From positions 9,550,001 to 9,614,000 of the forward strand of contig NC_087249.1 in the NCBI RefSeq assembly GCF_037042905.1: 64,000 nucleotides of DNA, given 5' to 3'. Under the pieces are notes generated by a model. The model saw only the letters and a program-made list of their open reading frames with translations, made no database searches and was not told the origin of the DNA. Positions within the stretch are counted from its first letter, which is position 1. The number at the start of each line of letters is the position of its first letter. Below, piece by piece: positions 11,605 through 25,032 of this stretch. The translations under genes were made by a program, and so were the position numbers. Source of the stretch: Lytechinus pictus. Lineage: Eukaryota.

Positions 11605-12862
11605 TTAAGACTAATGTCCCCTACCTCCAAATATCTGTACAGATAGCGCCTAAGGCATCAATGATGTACTCATTGCTCTTCACAAATCATGTCATTTCTG
11701 GCATTTTACTTTTAACTGGCTATACTTTGGGTTAAATGAATCGTAGCATTTTATTTAGAGTAAAAGAGAGACACTGACCCGTGTACTAGACTTATTTATA
11801 AGAAATTATGATTTATTATAATTTTTTGTAAAATTTCCTTAATTTTATTTATGAAATTAATCTGTACACTACGTTTTCCTGTTAAGCCTGATAAATGAAA
11901 ATCTGTGTATTTCTAATTTCCCCTGTTAAGTTAGCTCAAGGAATGGAAAAAGAATTAAATCGGGTCATCAAATCTTGATTTATACAAAGGTTTATCTTGA
12001 GGGTATGTTACTTTTTGTAATGAAGTTTTGTCACATTGTCAAGACCTGAGATGTACATGGCTAAAGACTAGATCCAAGTATATTTTACAATGTGCATTGC
12101 ATTTAGCAATATTTATTTATCTGTTGTAAACAGAATCATGTATGTGCAGAAATGTCCATTCGTAGTATCTTCATATTACAATTTTTATGGACGAGAAAAA
12201 CACGAATTTTACGAAATACATTTTAAGAGAAAAGGGATTTCTTATTTTTGAAAACCTTTTTAAACCCTGCTATTCATCTCATACAAATTTTTTGCAAGTG
12301 TCTGTCTGGAAACATCTATGGCAGCTCAATGTAACACAGTTTCATCTCTTTCAACACAAAAAAATAAGTTCCTAGATCTATTCAGTCTTTTTAAAGAATC
12401 AAGATTTCAGCTCAAACACTAAATGTCAAGAAAACATTCTTTTAACTTCTGTAATATTTTTCTGGTCAACAATGCAGACATGTTTAAAATATGTAAATTT
12501 GATATAGTGTATTCTGACATTACTCACAGAATAAACAGTAGCACTTATTCATAAGACTTTGACTCATAAGTTTGATTTGGTCAGTGTGAAAACATGAGAA
12601 AATAATCTTCTGTCTGTTATAATTTACCAGATTTTGGTAAAGTTTTCAACTAGATGGTCTGATGAAGATTGAAGCATCAGAAGCAAAAGCTTGCCAAGAT
12701 CAGGTGAATGGTGACATAAGCATGTCTTTCCGAGCCTGTTCCTTTTGCTTCGCATTCTATTATAAATAGAAACAGAAAATATAGACGGAGACAGAGAATG
12801 AGAGAACTTGAGAGAGTGAGATTAAAGCCATTAAATCCTGTCTCCTTTGCTAGGCAGACAAT

Positions 12863-13246
12863 AGGCGGTGCTCCACCAACCCGAGTTTGCTCAATCTCAA
12901 GATTTAGCCCGATCGGCTCTCTTCGCGATTAATCTCGAGATTCAAGAAACCCCGTCTCCACCATCGCAATAAGAGCGATTCCTCGATGCATTATGGTGTG
13001 ACGCCGTGAATAAATAATCCTGAGTGCGTCTGCACCGACGAATTAGCGCGACAATTCGTAAAATAGCGTGCTATTTTGCAAATAATCCCAAGTTGACTTG
13101 GGATTGCAATCTTGAGATTAATCCTACGAACTAGCGCGATAATTGCGTCTCCATTGCAAATAATCTCGAGATTGTTCAGATCGGGATAATTTGCCGGATC
13201 AGAAATAGCGCGCTAATTTGAAAACTAGGGATGGTGCAGACGGCCC
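12863..13246. mobile_element. CpG-rich Harbinger-like MITE
   Basis: imperfect TIR AGGCGGTGCTCCACCAACCCGAGTTT / AAACTAGGGATGGTGCAGACGGCCCT; repeated AATCTCGAGATT and TAGCGCG motifs. Confidence 0.6.
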
Positions 13247-13399
13247 TTATGTTTGCATGGACTAAGCTGATCATTCTGAGGTGTTGAATTATAGTATTAG
13301 TGGCCCCGACATGCAGTTTGTTGTGCAGCGCTTTGTAACCAAAAGGACAAGGTGCTATATATGAAAATATCTATGGGATTGGATTGGATGAACTTGAGA

Positions 13400-13855
13400 A
13401 AGAGAGATAGAGAGGGGGGAGAGAGCAAACATGGGTAAAGACTAGATGAGAGGAGAAATAGAAGGGTGAGAGTGGTACAAAAATAGGAAAGGAAGAGGAA
13501 AATGAGAGCAGGGAAAAGGGGAGATAAAATGGATGGAGAGATTGAGAGGCCGGGGAAGAAACAGAGAGACAAGAGAAAGATGAGATAGGAAGATGACAAG
13601 ACAGAAGATTGCACAGAGATGGAGGGGTGGGGTTAGAAAAAATAAAAGGCGAGAGAAGAGTATGATGGGAAGAGATTAGAGGGGGATATTGTACAAATGA
13701 GACGAGAGACAATGGTAGACAAGAAAAGAGAGAAGGGGTTGGGGGTAGAGAAAAGGGGGAGAATGACCCATGAGAGAGGTAGACAAAGTTGGGTAGAAGC
13801 CAAAAAAAGTGGTTGGGGTGGGGGGAAGCAGGAAGAAAAAGAGAGAGAGGGGGAG
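13400..13855. repeat. GA-rich low-complexity tract
   Basis: purine-rich strand; produces spurious Ser/Leu/Phe ORFs. Confidence 0.85.
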
Positions 13856-13924
13856 TATTATTTACTATTTGTCAAAGATGGGAAGGCACTAGGTTACTTT
13901 AATGGGGGCTTTATACCATCGTAA

Positions 13925-14381
13925 AGGGGAAGTTCACCCTGACAAAAAGTTTATCGTGAAAATAGCAAAAAAAATAAAGGTTTGAAAAAATCCATCAAAG
14001 AATTAAAAAGTTATTAGAATTTTAATTATTTGATTTGTGACGTCATATGCGAGCAGCTTTTCTACATATCAAATGGTAAAAAATCAATGAAATGTTTTCG
14101 TGTTTTAAATTTTCTCAGAAAATTGAAAATGGTATTTACTGTAAATTCAGTATATCAATAGACATCGTTTTACACCCATTTCTAAAAAGGAAACAAAAAT
14201 AAGTAATCATGAACTATTAAAAAATGGAAATTTAGGCACTTCTTGTTACATAACATGAGGCAACTGCTCGTTTATGACGTCGCAAATCCCAAAATTAAAA
14301 TTCCTTAATCTTACCTTTACCAATATTTTATATTATTTTTTCTGCTATTTTTACAACAAACTTCTTCAGGGTGAACATCCC
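13925..14381. mobile_element. TTAA-type (Kolobok-like) MITE family E
   Basis: AGGGGAAGTTCACCCTGA ... TCAGGGTGAACATCCC; other copies at 29525-31486 (interrupted) and 40349-~40735. Confidence 0.8.
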
Positions 14382-15227
14382 TTAAATGTGGCATCTTTTT
14401 TGTTTTATACTCTTCTTTCTTCCTTCCTTTTTCTTCCTCTTCTCCCCCTTTCTTCCTTTTTCTCACTTCTTGAAAAATCACAGGAAGGGGAGCTATCAGT
14501 TGCCCCCCTGACCCCCCCCCCCCCCCGTACTGCCACTAGTCAAAAGGCATATACTTTATGAATCCAGCATAACACACACACTATCACTATAAAATATTCA
14601 ACATACACTTCTCAAAGAAAAACACACAAACTGCAGGGAATCATTTTTGTAAAAAAAAGTTATTATATTTCAGGAAAGTAAATACAATGATACACATTCA
14701 AATGGCTTTTTTAAATATTGTCTGCACTTTCAGCAAGTGTACAGAAAACCTACATTATATAGCTTAACTCCCGGGGGCCGTTTCATAAGCTGTTCGTTGG
14801 TTAAGAGTGACTTTAAGAAGGACTGGTGATCCTCTCTTGTGGAAAATGATATTCACCATTAAATATTCATTGGTGATTACTTAGCACGTAAGAAAGGCTC
14901 ACCAGTCGTTGCTCTTAAATGACGAACAGCATTATGAAACATCCACCCGAATCTCTTTGAAAATGCCCAATTATCACACGTTATTGACATTAATCTAATT
15001 TTCATCCCATACAATGATCAGGGGACATTGAATATCATTAACACTCTTCTTGTTCTCTTTGTTACTTTGTTACTTTCATTCACGACTGAGGTACACCCCG
15101 ATCAAGATATTCTGAATCATATATAATTTTCTTGGATGGCGGATGGGTGTTTCTTAAAGCTGTTAGTAATTTACATGTACTAATGACTTTAGGCATGGAT
15201 GCTGATCCTTTTTTGTGATAGATTTGC

Positions 15228-15602
15228 AGGGAGCAAGTTATAGCGCAGTCAGTTTAAGCGTCTGCCTGTCGAACCAAAGGTCGTGGGGTTCGGGTCCAAC
15301 CGGGCGGATGACTAAAGCCAGCGTCATGTTGTAAACGTGGCTTTGTTACAGAGGAAAACACTGTTCCTCGGATAGGACGTTAAATGGAGGCCTGGCTCGA
15401 TGTAGAGGAGAGACGCCACCTTTGCACATTAAGAACCCATTGCACTATTCATATAAGAGTAGGGGGGAACCGCGGTGTAGTGGTCCACTTGCATCCCCCC
15501 TTATCAGTTATATCGTGAGGAGAGACCTGCAGGTCACAGTGATTCAGTTCGCTTTTCACCTCCAAGGCTCGGGTGACGCCAAACAAATAATAATAATAAT
15601 AA
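15228..15602 (+). mobile_element. tRNA-derived SINE with (AAT)n tail, nested in a MITE (~15144-15700)
   Basis: TAGCGCAGTCAG...GGGTTCGGGTCC head and AATAATAATAATAA tail. Confidence 0.75.
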
Positions 15603-18517
15603 GATGATATATCCCTATGTAATTGATTTAGGACCCATGAACATGCTCCAGTCAATCGTAAAGTCGTGTGTAATTGTACAAACAGCTTTATGAAATACCA
15701 TCCACTACCTGTTTTCTAAAAATACATATATTTACATGGACTTTAAAGAGTAACAAACAATTTTTTCCTGGGGAAAAAAATAATTAAAAATCTTGACTAA
15801 CTTGTGTGACTAAGCATGCAGCATAATAATAAACACAATAATATACTCAAGGTTAAACAAAACATGCATCTGTATAAAACTATAGAATAGAAATGATAAA
15901 TTTCAGCTTGCTTTAAGGTAATGAAAATTAATATATGATGGAAATTCAACAATGATAATGATAATCACAATAATAATGATGATCATGATAATATTATCAA
16001 TGATAATAATCATAAAGAGGAGAACAAAAAGACAGGGAGATGGAGAAAAAGAGAATTATAAAATTGATTATTTTGTGATGATAATCTTTACTCTTATAAA
16101 TACTACATTTTTTAGTGATTTTGAATCGTCATAATTAATATGAACCTCATCGAGTTCAAGTGTAATCCACACACAATAAGGGATAATCTTTTAATCTCTC
16201 CCTAATTCAGAGGCAACGTTTAGAACGTGAGTTTCACAAATTAATTCTAAAATTTCTTTGAAAGAACTAGTCTCGTGATCAAGGCAATAAAACATGAATA
16301 TAAAATAAATGTATGGTTTTCATAAAACCACATGTTTGCTGTAATATATGTTTGCAAAAGAGGAAGACTTTTGCCACCATACAAATTAGCACCAATATGC
16401 AGTGATCAGTATAATTACAAGCTTAAAGTTAGGCAGTTATCATGAAGCATGCAGGCAAGGTTTATTTTAATGATAACTAAACCTTGATTTAATGCCTTAG
16501 CACAAACATGAGTTTTTACAAGAACTTGATTGGTACATGTGTTTAGAAGTGGTTACACGACAGTTGCTCCGGCGACAATTGCTCCAATGGAAAATCTGCA
16601 CGTTAAATATAAAACCTAACCTCCAAAACTAAATAAACCCTAATTCTTTTCTTTACATTATTCTGAACCAAAAACTCCATTACAATCTTAACTCTAACCC
16701 TATGCCCTCTGAGATATTCATACAAATGTCGCAGGAGCAAATGTCGTATCATCTTTTGAAGTAGCCCTCTTTCCATTTATGTACAGCATATAGGCTTGTC
16801 TACAAGTTTCACATATCATGCACTGCTTTTATGCAAGTTTGACTACAACGAGTAGTGACAGAAGACAACAAAAACTTACATGTATGATGTATTGAAAAAC
16901 ACATTAAAATTTTTAGTGAAATTCAAAATTTACATTACTTTGCATCATGAATAGAGGTATCTTAATTTTTCCTCTCTCTTCCTATCTCTTCAAATTCATA
17001 TATCTCTATAGCATTTACTGCTGAAAAACAAATGTACGTGTTATTAATTCTGGTCGATTTCACGCTTCTATTTTCTTGTATGTGGTAAAGAATAAACCAA
17101 TGATTGCTTATATATAGCAAAATTCATAAATATACAAAGAATATACTACATAAATGCATAATACAAATGAATACAGAAGACAAGTAGGAAGGCAGTCCAC
17201 AAAAAAACAACTTAAATGAAAGAACCGAGAAGTGATTTGCATAGAAACTACAAGTACCCATCCCTTGAAATAATTACATACAGAAGAATAACTTTGTGAT
17301 TTCAATAACAAATGAACCATGAAAACAGGTCCTCTGTTAACACCATTCAAGCTTGGATAAAGGGACCATCATGTCCTTCCCATACAAAAAGGTACTCAAA
17401 GAGAATATGATTTTGCCTTTACACCAATCTTTCTAAAAGGGGTAGCAAACAGAGGTAAGGAACTCACCATTTTTTCCATTTTGAGATGTGGAACAAAAAG
17501 GATTTTATAGTAATGATAGGTTCTGAATAACTGTAAAGCCTTCAAACCCAAATCAATTTTGCATCAATTGTCTAATATCAAAAGTATTACTTCACTGTAT
17601 CATAATAAAAAAGGTAGGAAAATATTACACATCAATTTTATCAAAATTGCTGTGTTTTTCGATCTCAAGACATTGACATTAGTCTTATTTCAAGACTCCA
17701 TGAAAGCTTATTTCTTTTACTCTGTATGGTGTCTTGCAATGTTGCTTTTTATCCTTTGTAGCTATCAGATATTACAGCAACTAACATTTTTTTATTTTAC
17801 AGAGTAATGCCCATGGATAGAGGATGAATACATACATGTACAAGGTAAAAGAAAATGTGTGATTTTAAATATGATACTCAACATACTAAAATAGTGTGTT
17901 TATAAAACACTATACTACCAAGCATTTGCATTTTAAATGAATGAGTGATTACTGGAATACAAAGGAAATAATAATCGGAAGTATTTGGCTCACAGTTTAA
18001 ATATAAGAAATATACATTGTTTATAAGACATGTAAAATAATAAAATAACTTTTCCCTTATAAAATGAGGGCATACTGGCACTTCAAGTAAAGAGCACATC
18101 TTCGGGCATTTGTGCTGGGTTTTATTTTTTTAGCAAGATGGAAGAAAAAAGCCATTGGCTCAAAATTTATAAAGATTCTGTCAAAAGTAAGACGATTTTC
18201 ATAAACCCCCTCTAATTCAAAGAAGTTTTTTTCTTTTCATTGGGAATGTTAACATACATGTAGATAATACCCAGTAGACCTACATGTACTAAACTATGGT
18301 AGAGAAAAAAAATGTATTGCAAAGATAATAAGGTGTTTGGCACATTTGAAATCAATTATTAATCTCTTCACATGTTATTTCTGTCCAATAAAAAAAAATC
18401 AAATTAACAGGCACCAATTTGCTGACAAACAATTGGGGTTACAAATATTTTGACATTTATCTGTTAAGGATATACATGTATAATCATAATTGCATGCAAA
18501 TATTGTAAAAACTTTAA

Positions 18518-19384
18518 AGACCCTGACCGGTGTAAAAACAATCATATATCAAAATAAAGGTAATGATTCATACAATACAAATATACCAAAAATATTACAT
18601 ATATATCTCCTTCTAATAGTTAAAAATATAGAATAAAAATCAAAGAAACTGCTCCTCCAAAGTACGCTTCGATTGAGCACCCCCACGTCGCCTGGAAATG
18701 ATGACGTCACGTTGTGTCAGGAGGGTTGTGATTCCATAGGTTTGTGTACAAAAGCATTGGGTATTTTATTCCATTTCCATGTTATGAATCCATTATTTTT
18801 TTCGTTTTCAGATGAAAATGGCACTCAAAATTATTCACTGTTCAAATTTTTGTAAACCTGCAACTATTCACTACCTTTTTTGTGATTTCTTTGTTTGGCT
18901 CTTATTGGGCCTAAATTGCTATGTCAGGAAAAGTTGTTATACATAATCTAAATGCAGATAGAATTGAAATCTGCGCCAAATAAGCAGGAAATAAAATATG
19001 GCAAAAACTAGTTCAAAACTGTAGATTTCATAAATTCAAGCTTGTGGGTAAAAATATATGTGATATCCCTCTGTGATAGAAGTGAAGAGAATGAAATGCG
19101 TTATTTGGAAAGCAAAAAAATCACCCACTTTTTCTGTGTACAAACCTATGGAATCACGACGCTTCTTACACAACGTGACGTCACGGTCTCGAGGCAGGTG
19201 AAAAGCACAATAAAGCCTATTTTCTAAGCGGGGTTCGAAGCCCGATAATTGGAATATTCTTAAGCAAAATACTCAGCTGGGAAGCAGTGAAAATGCATAA
19301 AGCATACCTTGCTGTATTTAGTAGCTTATAAGCTTTCGATTGGTATATAATTTATCAATTTCATTTTCGGGTCCGGTCTGGATC
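18518..19384. mobile_element. TTAA-flanked (Kolobok-like) non-autonomous element
   Basis: TTAA|AGACCCTGACCGG ... CCGGTCTGGATCT|TTAA; internal inverted TGACGTCACGTTGTG/CACAACGTGACGTCA. Confidence 0.65.
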
Positions 19385-19773
19385 TTTAAGATGAGATGGA
19401 TAGCTTCATATTTACTATATAAAAAAAACCCAAACCAAAAAAAATTGCTGTTACAAAAATTACCGGTATGCTACGATTACAAGCACATTTGAATTGCATT
19501 TCAATTATTACAATATACAATGGCATGATAATAACTGATTTTACATTATACATGTTCATGATCAAAGAAGACAATCATTTTGTGAATTTTAATGATGGGA
19601 CAAACCCCTGTAAAACAAAGAGATACAATTGATAATAACAATCAATTGTAACTTTTCATTCATATATTTCTATAGATTTATACTTATAATAGTTAGATTG
19701 GTTGTATCATATCATGTAACAGGGCTCTAGTTACATACCTGAAAACACATGCGGAAGGACAACAAGGGATAAA

Positions 19774-19960
19774 TTAGAATGCTATAACTAATACTGCAAT
19801 GACCATCAAACACGCAGCATCATAGCCGATATTGACGAGGTACGCCGGTAGGCCTACTCCATGGAAAGGGGCGTGGGTAGCTTCGAGCAAGGCAACAATG
19901 ATTGATAAATTGATACTGGCGTAGAATGCTTCCTCTACTGTGACGACTCCCATTCCAGCT
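19774..19960 (-). CDS. DUF1761-like last coding exon
   Basis: aacag| acceptor; part of ORF 19774..20004; hydrophobic C-terminus. Confidence 0.85.
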
Positions 19961-21811
19961 CTGTTAAGAAATAAAATGCAAGATTTCATAAAATATATAT
20001 CCACGAAAAGGACAGTATTCTAATTATATGAACATGATGATAAAATTTGTATAATTATTATTTCCTTAAAAGGAGCTTTATTACCAGAAGCATTTGTTTC
20101 TATCTTAGTTTGTGGCAAGGACATCTTTCACTATGACCAGTCCACATGTTCTTCCTTTGTTTTCATATTGGTGGAGAGAGAGGGGGGGGGGTCCTCTAAA
20201 GAGTATATATATCCTCATCTTAAAACAACGACTCGGGTCATTTAACTTATGACTGCTCAATACCAGTCATAAATAAATTGACACATTAGGCAAATTAAAT
20301 GTCTGATGAAGCACACAGATGCAACCAAACGATTGATTTGGATCCATTTTGTCATCTTAAAATTCTTCTCAGAACTTTTTCAAAAGTCACTAATTTTATA
20401 AATAAGACCTTCTAATTGTCAACTCTTCATCTACATTACCTTAAAAATCCATCTAGAAAGTATGCCGTGATTGCTTTAGAGAACGTAGCAACCAGGTAGG
20501 GTAGATTCCCTGTCTTCTGTAACTCTTCTTTCTTTCTGCCGCATGAATTCAACCACATCCTTCCAATGGGGTTCGGTCCATACCATATGAAGCCGATCAC
20601 CTGAAAAATGGAGGAAAGTATTCAGTTTTAATCGAAGGCAGTGCAACCATGGGGCAGGGGGACAACTAGTCTGCCACACAGACTCATATCTGACACTTTA
20701 ATCAATAACAGGTCTAGAGTGAAGACTAGACCCCAAAGGCTCTACAGACTACAGTACATAGTGAATCTAGTCTCACTACTTCAGACCCTGCATTATGCAC
20801 TATGCGAATACTAAGGGTCTGTGCCTGCAGACTAGGGAACTAGCCTATAATCTAGGCAGAGGTTGCAGCTTTTGTCTTTGCCTTTACACGAGCCTGATGC
20901 TCTTACGCGAAACGTCAGCAATACATCTGATGCAGAAGACTACAGACCATGGCTGTGAAGCAGCTTGGTACCTCATAATTCTACATACTCTGGTGTTGCG
21001 TTACTTTTTTTTTGGTATTGACGAGGATTTGGTGCAGGTTTTTCATAATGAAAAACTGCCAATACACACTTGTCGCAGCCATGGTTCTAAGTCTTCTGCA
21101 TCAGATGTATTGCTGAGTTTTCGCGTAACTGCATCAGACTCATATATATCAAAGTTAAAGACAAACGCTGCATAAATAGCCTGGATTATAGGCTAGCTGC
21201 AAGGAAACAACCAGCCCCCAAGTTTGTGATACATCAAAAAGTGATAAAATGGAGAACAGGAAAAAAGAAACACAGGATGAAAGAACAATTCTGAAAATAA
21301 TCCTGGTAGATTTCATGGGCTGATCTACCAAATATGATTTTTTTAATCAATCTGGTGTTTATGGTCCTAGTCTGACAATAATTGGTAAAAGATAAAATTG
21401 CGGAAAATTTGCTTAGACTACACTCCTATTTTTAAATACTAAACATTATTATGGTATTTTATCTATAATTTCCAGACAATTTGTAACCATTTGAGTTTCA
21501 AGGGTGATGATCAATTGATAAGCTTTCTATATAAAATTTGCATCATATTAGCCTTAGGCTACTCAGAGTTAAAGCATAGATATACAGGTAAATCATGATT
21601 TTTATAAACTGCAGTTCAGAATACAGGCCACCATCATTTTCAAATGATCCTCGGCGAGACTGGGAGTTTCATTTTTTGCTCCAAGCCTCGATGAGTCAAT
21701 AATGAAATTAATATTGAAGAGAATTTCAAAAGATCATTTGAACAAGACAAAATTATTGAATATAAATACCTGACAGGCAATGGTAGATATTATGACTCCA
21801 AGGATGCCCAT
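19774..21811 (-). CDS. DUF1761-like small multi-pass membrane protein, 129 aa, 3 coding exons
   Basis: complement(join(19774..19960,20440..20600,21770..21811)) = 390 bp, GT-AG, in phase. Protein: MGILGVIISTIACQVIGFIWYGPNPIGRMWLNSCGRKKEELQKTGNLPYLVATFSKAITAYFLDGFLRAGMGVVTVEEAFYASINLSIIVALLEATHAPFHGVGLPAYLVNIGYDAACLMVIAVLVIAF. The 'GFIWY..P.G..W....G' and C-terminal 'NIGY' motifs resemble DUF1761 (recalled, not searched). Confidence 0.8.
20440..20600 (-). CDS. DUF1761-like second coding exon
   Basis: ttttcag| acceptor, ag|gtaatg donor, open frame VIGFIWYGPNP...DGFLR. Confidence 0.85.
20668..21196. mobile_element. Two adjacent TAG...CTA-terminated palindromic MITEs (20668-20834 and 20841-21196)
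   Basis: TAGTCTGC.../...GCAGACTA and TAGCCTATAATCTAGGC.../...GCCTGGATTATAGGCTA; long internal inverted arms in the second. Confidence 0.7.
21770..21811 (-). CDS. DUF1761-like first coding exon (MGILGVIISTIACQ)
   Basis: ATG at 21811; cag|gtattt donor; the exon probably extends to an acceptor at 21849. Confidence 0.75.
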
Positions 21812-21950
21812 TCTGAATTACTCTCTAGTTTACAGTATATTACACAGACCTTGTAAAAAGTAGGAAATATACAGAAGAATAATGTCTGTATTACACAAAT
21901 TATATACAACTGATACTCTACTTTATATACAAGCAGTTATGTATTAAAAT

Positions 21951-22081
21951 AACTAGGTCCAACATACTTTCTAAGTTATGCTGTCATTTAAAAAACTAAA
22001 CCTTTGGTTAAGATTTGGTGTTGACGCCGCCGTCGGAACAGCGGCGCCTATAGTCTCACTCTGCTTCGCAGGTGAGACAAA
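21951..22081 (-). mobile_element. Truncated 5' end of Helentron-like element D
   Basis: reverse complement of 4534-~4720, with the GCG tract much shorter. Confidence 0.8.
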
Positions 22082-23211
22082 AAGTAGTTTATCTTTTTTT
22101 TTAAATTAGCCAGAGCTTCCAAGTAAACACATCAACAACAATTTTGAATACTAAACAAGAGTGATCTTACAGGTCCTCAGTCATACACTGTATAGACAAG
22201 AAAAAGTAAGAATGATAAGAGAATAAATACATATCTATGTAGACCATGTTTTTGGTTCACAGAATCACTTTGAAAGCTTACAAATACTGTCTTTAAATAT
22301 TGTACCTATTCATATACACACTACCTGCAAATTAAAAAGTCTAAAGTGAAAGGTAAGAACATGAATATATGTCAAAATCTTAGTCAATAATATAAATATA
22401 TACATTAATGCACTTACATTTAAGAAGGCTAGTACTACTGTACTGTAGAATTAACAAGACTTAACCAGAATGCTTGTAATTTTTGTGCATAAGCACTATT
22501 TAAGGGATCTCGAACTTCAGAAATATTCTTCAGATATTTCTAAAGTGATCTGTAAATATGGACTAGCGTCACTAACTCTTTCATAAATGGTCCTTGTGCA
22601 AATATTTGTCAACGTTATTTAGCTGACCTAGATAGGATACACCTGCTATTTAACAAAATGAAACTTCTTTCAAGAAGTTTTCAGACAAAAGAAAAGCATA
22701 ATTTCAGGAAAGAAAAGAGAGAGAGAAAAACATTATATAGAGGTCATTTTTTAAATATACACTTCAGTGAATATAAACAATTAGTGATTATCATTATAAT
22801 CACGGAATACTTCCTGCAGAGTAGAAAAAGGACAGACTTTTGAATATGATGAATTATTACTACCAAGATTATTATCGTAACCCAATTTCTCTGAATGATA
22901 TCATATTTCTCTCTATTCATATCAAAGCATGTATACATACATGTACATGTACCTGACCTGTACATTTGATTATTATTTAGAATGGACAGTCTAGCAATGT
23001 AATTTAACGAACACCTCCCTTTTTTATTACAGAGAGTGTATTGTACAGAGGTGCGTGTATTGTTTTTAATTAAAAGTTTTTGCTTGACTTTTGAAATAAC
23101 TGTAATTCTTCTCGCATAAACAAAGGAATATGAAAATGACATGAACTTTAAAAAATAGCATTAATGCGACTTGTTAGGATTCAATGAAAAGCATCATGAT
23201 CATATTTCTAC

Positions 23212-24107
23212 ACAAGGTGGTTCATGAACCACAAGTCTCGCCTGATTTTGTGATAAATAACATTAATGCATTATGATCTTTTGACCCCTAGAGCTTATCA
23301 TCCTCAAGAACACATGTGCAGTATTACCCAATATCATTTGTAACGAGTATATGAACACAACTGATGCAGATATAAAGAAATGAGAGCAAGTTGAACAAAA
23401 ACTTGAAAAAGGATACATGACCTCATATCATTTTACCTTTTACCCTTAGATGACCTTTGACACCATCATCCTCTTCAACACAAATGTAGTATTACCCAAG
23501 GATCATTTGTAACAAGTGTTGACATAACTGATGCAGAAATAAAGAAAAAAGAGCAATTTGAACAAAAACTTGACATTTTGACCCCTAGATGACCTTTGAC
23601 CCCATCATCCTCAACAACACACATATGGTATTACCCAATGATCATATGTACCAAGTACATATATATGAACATACCGGTACATATATTTGATGCAGAAATA
23701 AAGAAATAAGACCAATTGAACAAAAACTTGACATTTTGACCCCTAGATGACCTTTGACCCCACCTTCATCAACAACACACATGTGGTATTACCCAATGAT
23801 CATTTTAGGCAAGTGTGATCAAAATAGATACAGAAATAAAGAAATGAGAGCAAGTTGAACAAAAACTTCAAAATACGTAGGAAGAACATGACCTCATATC
23901 ATTTGACCTTTGACCCCATCATTCTCATAAGGTCACATGCGGGTATTACCAAAGGACCATAATTATGTACCATGTATGACCATAATTGATGCAAAAATAA
24001 AGAAATGAGAGCATGTTGAACAAAAACTTTAACATTTTCAAACAGATCAACAGGAAAAGCAATATTACTAGATCTAGTTCTCTACCAAACATCGTTAAGG
24101 TGAGACA
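23212..24107 (-). mobile_element. Second Helentron/DINE-like element with ~5 internal tandem units
   Basis: perfect palindrome GTGGTTCATGAACCAC (23217-23232), subTIR GTCTCGCCT (23235-23243) / AGGTGAGAC (24098-24106), ~140-165-bp repeats containing TGATGCAGAAATAAAGAAA...TGACCTTTGACCCC. Confidence 0.75.
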
Positions 24108-24823
24108 TTGAATAAAAATATATCAGGAGAAATCATTGTGCTACATCATTAGCTCTCTCATTTCCAAATCACTGCATTGTGTATACATATTTATATGTAA
24201 AGTTTGTAAGATAAAAACAAAACTTATACTACTCATGAATTTTAGAACAATCCTATCTTATATATTTCAGTGTTACAAAAATAAACATTCTCTTTATTCA
24301 GATCAACTCTGGAGCACTTGCACTTGAAGGTTAAGATTGAAAAGAAGAGAGAAATAGTTGTTTACTTAATGTGATTAATGTGTTTATTCACATAACAAAT
24401 TAATTTTATATTTTGAAACTGACAGGAAAAGAAGATTGTGAGAGAAATGTCTCTTGACCTGCACAATCAATTAGGCTAGCTTCTTGTTCTGTAGTTTTAT
24501 TTTTTAACAATGTACACTACATGTAGATAGAAGCCAAAATGCCTGTTAACAAATAGTTGCTCCTCAAAGTTCAACTTTTAATTAATTTACTCAGTCATAA
24601 TAATAATCTAAAAAAAAGATAATATAATCCCACACCCTCCCATAAAATGATTAGACTAGTATAAAATCTTATCATTATGATACTATTTCTAAATTAAAAT
24701 ATAGGCATAAGGTAATAATGATAGTAAAGGGATGGGCTAAAATACAAGGAAATTAGTCATTATACTATTAAAGACAAAGTTCATCCCTGATCATTAGTAA
24801 TTATAGTAGACCCCAACAGTTAC

Positions 24824-24963
24824 CTTATCAAAGTAATCTTTCCCCTAAATTTTTAGTATGGCACGCTGCCCGAAGTCTGCGCAGTGCCCCTATTCTGCAC
24901 AAACATCTGAACAATCCTGATGATAAAAGAAGACACAGCGACCACAAACTTAAACATTAACAC
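24824..24963 (-). other. Probable 5'UTR exon of the DUF1761-like gene
   Basis: ttgcag| acceptor, aag|gtaact donor; more GC-rich than its flanks; all three frames contain stops. Confidence 0.45.
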
Positions 24964-25032
24964 CTGCAATACATAAACAGATTCATTTACGATCCAAGCA
25001 AAAAAAACATTGAATTTTAATTCAGGCTTTTC

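Noticed and set aside
13297..13924. Hydrophobic Ser/Leu/Phe ORFs (also 41511-41927 and 57529-57895)
   Set aside because: Artefacts of GA/CT low-complexity tracts.
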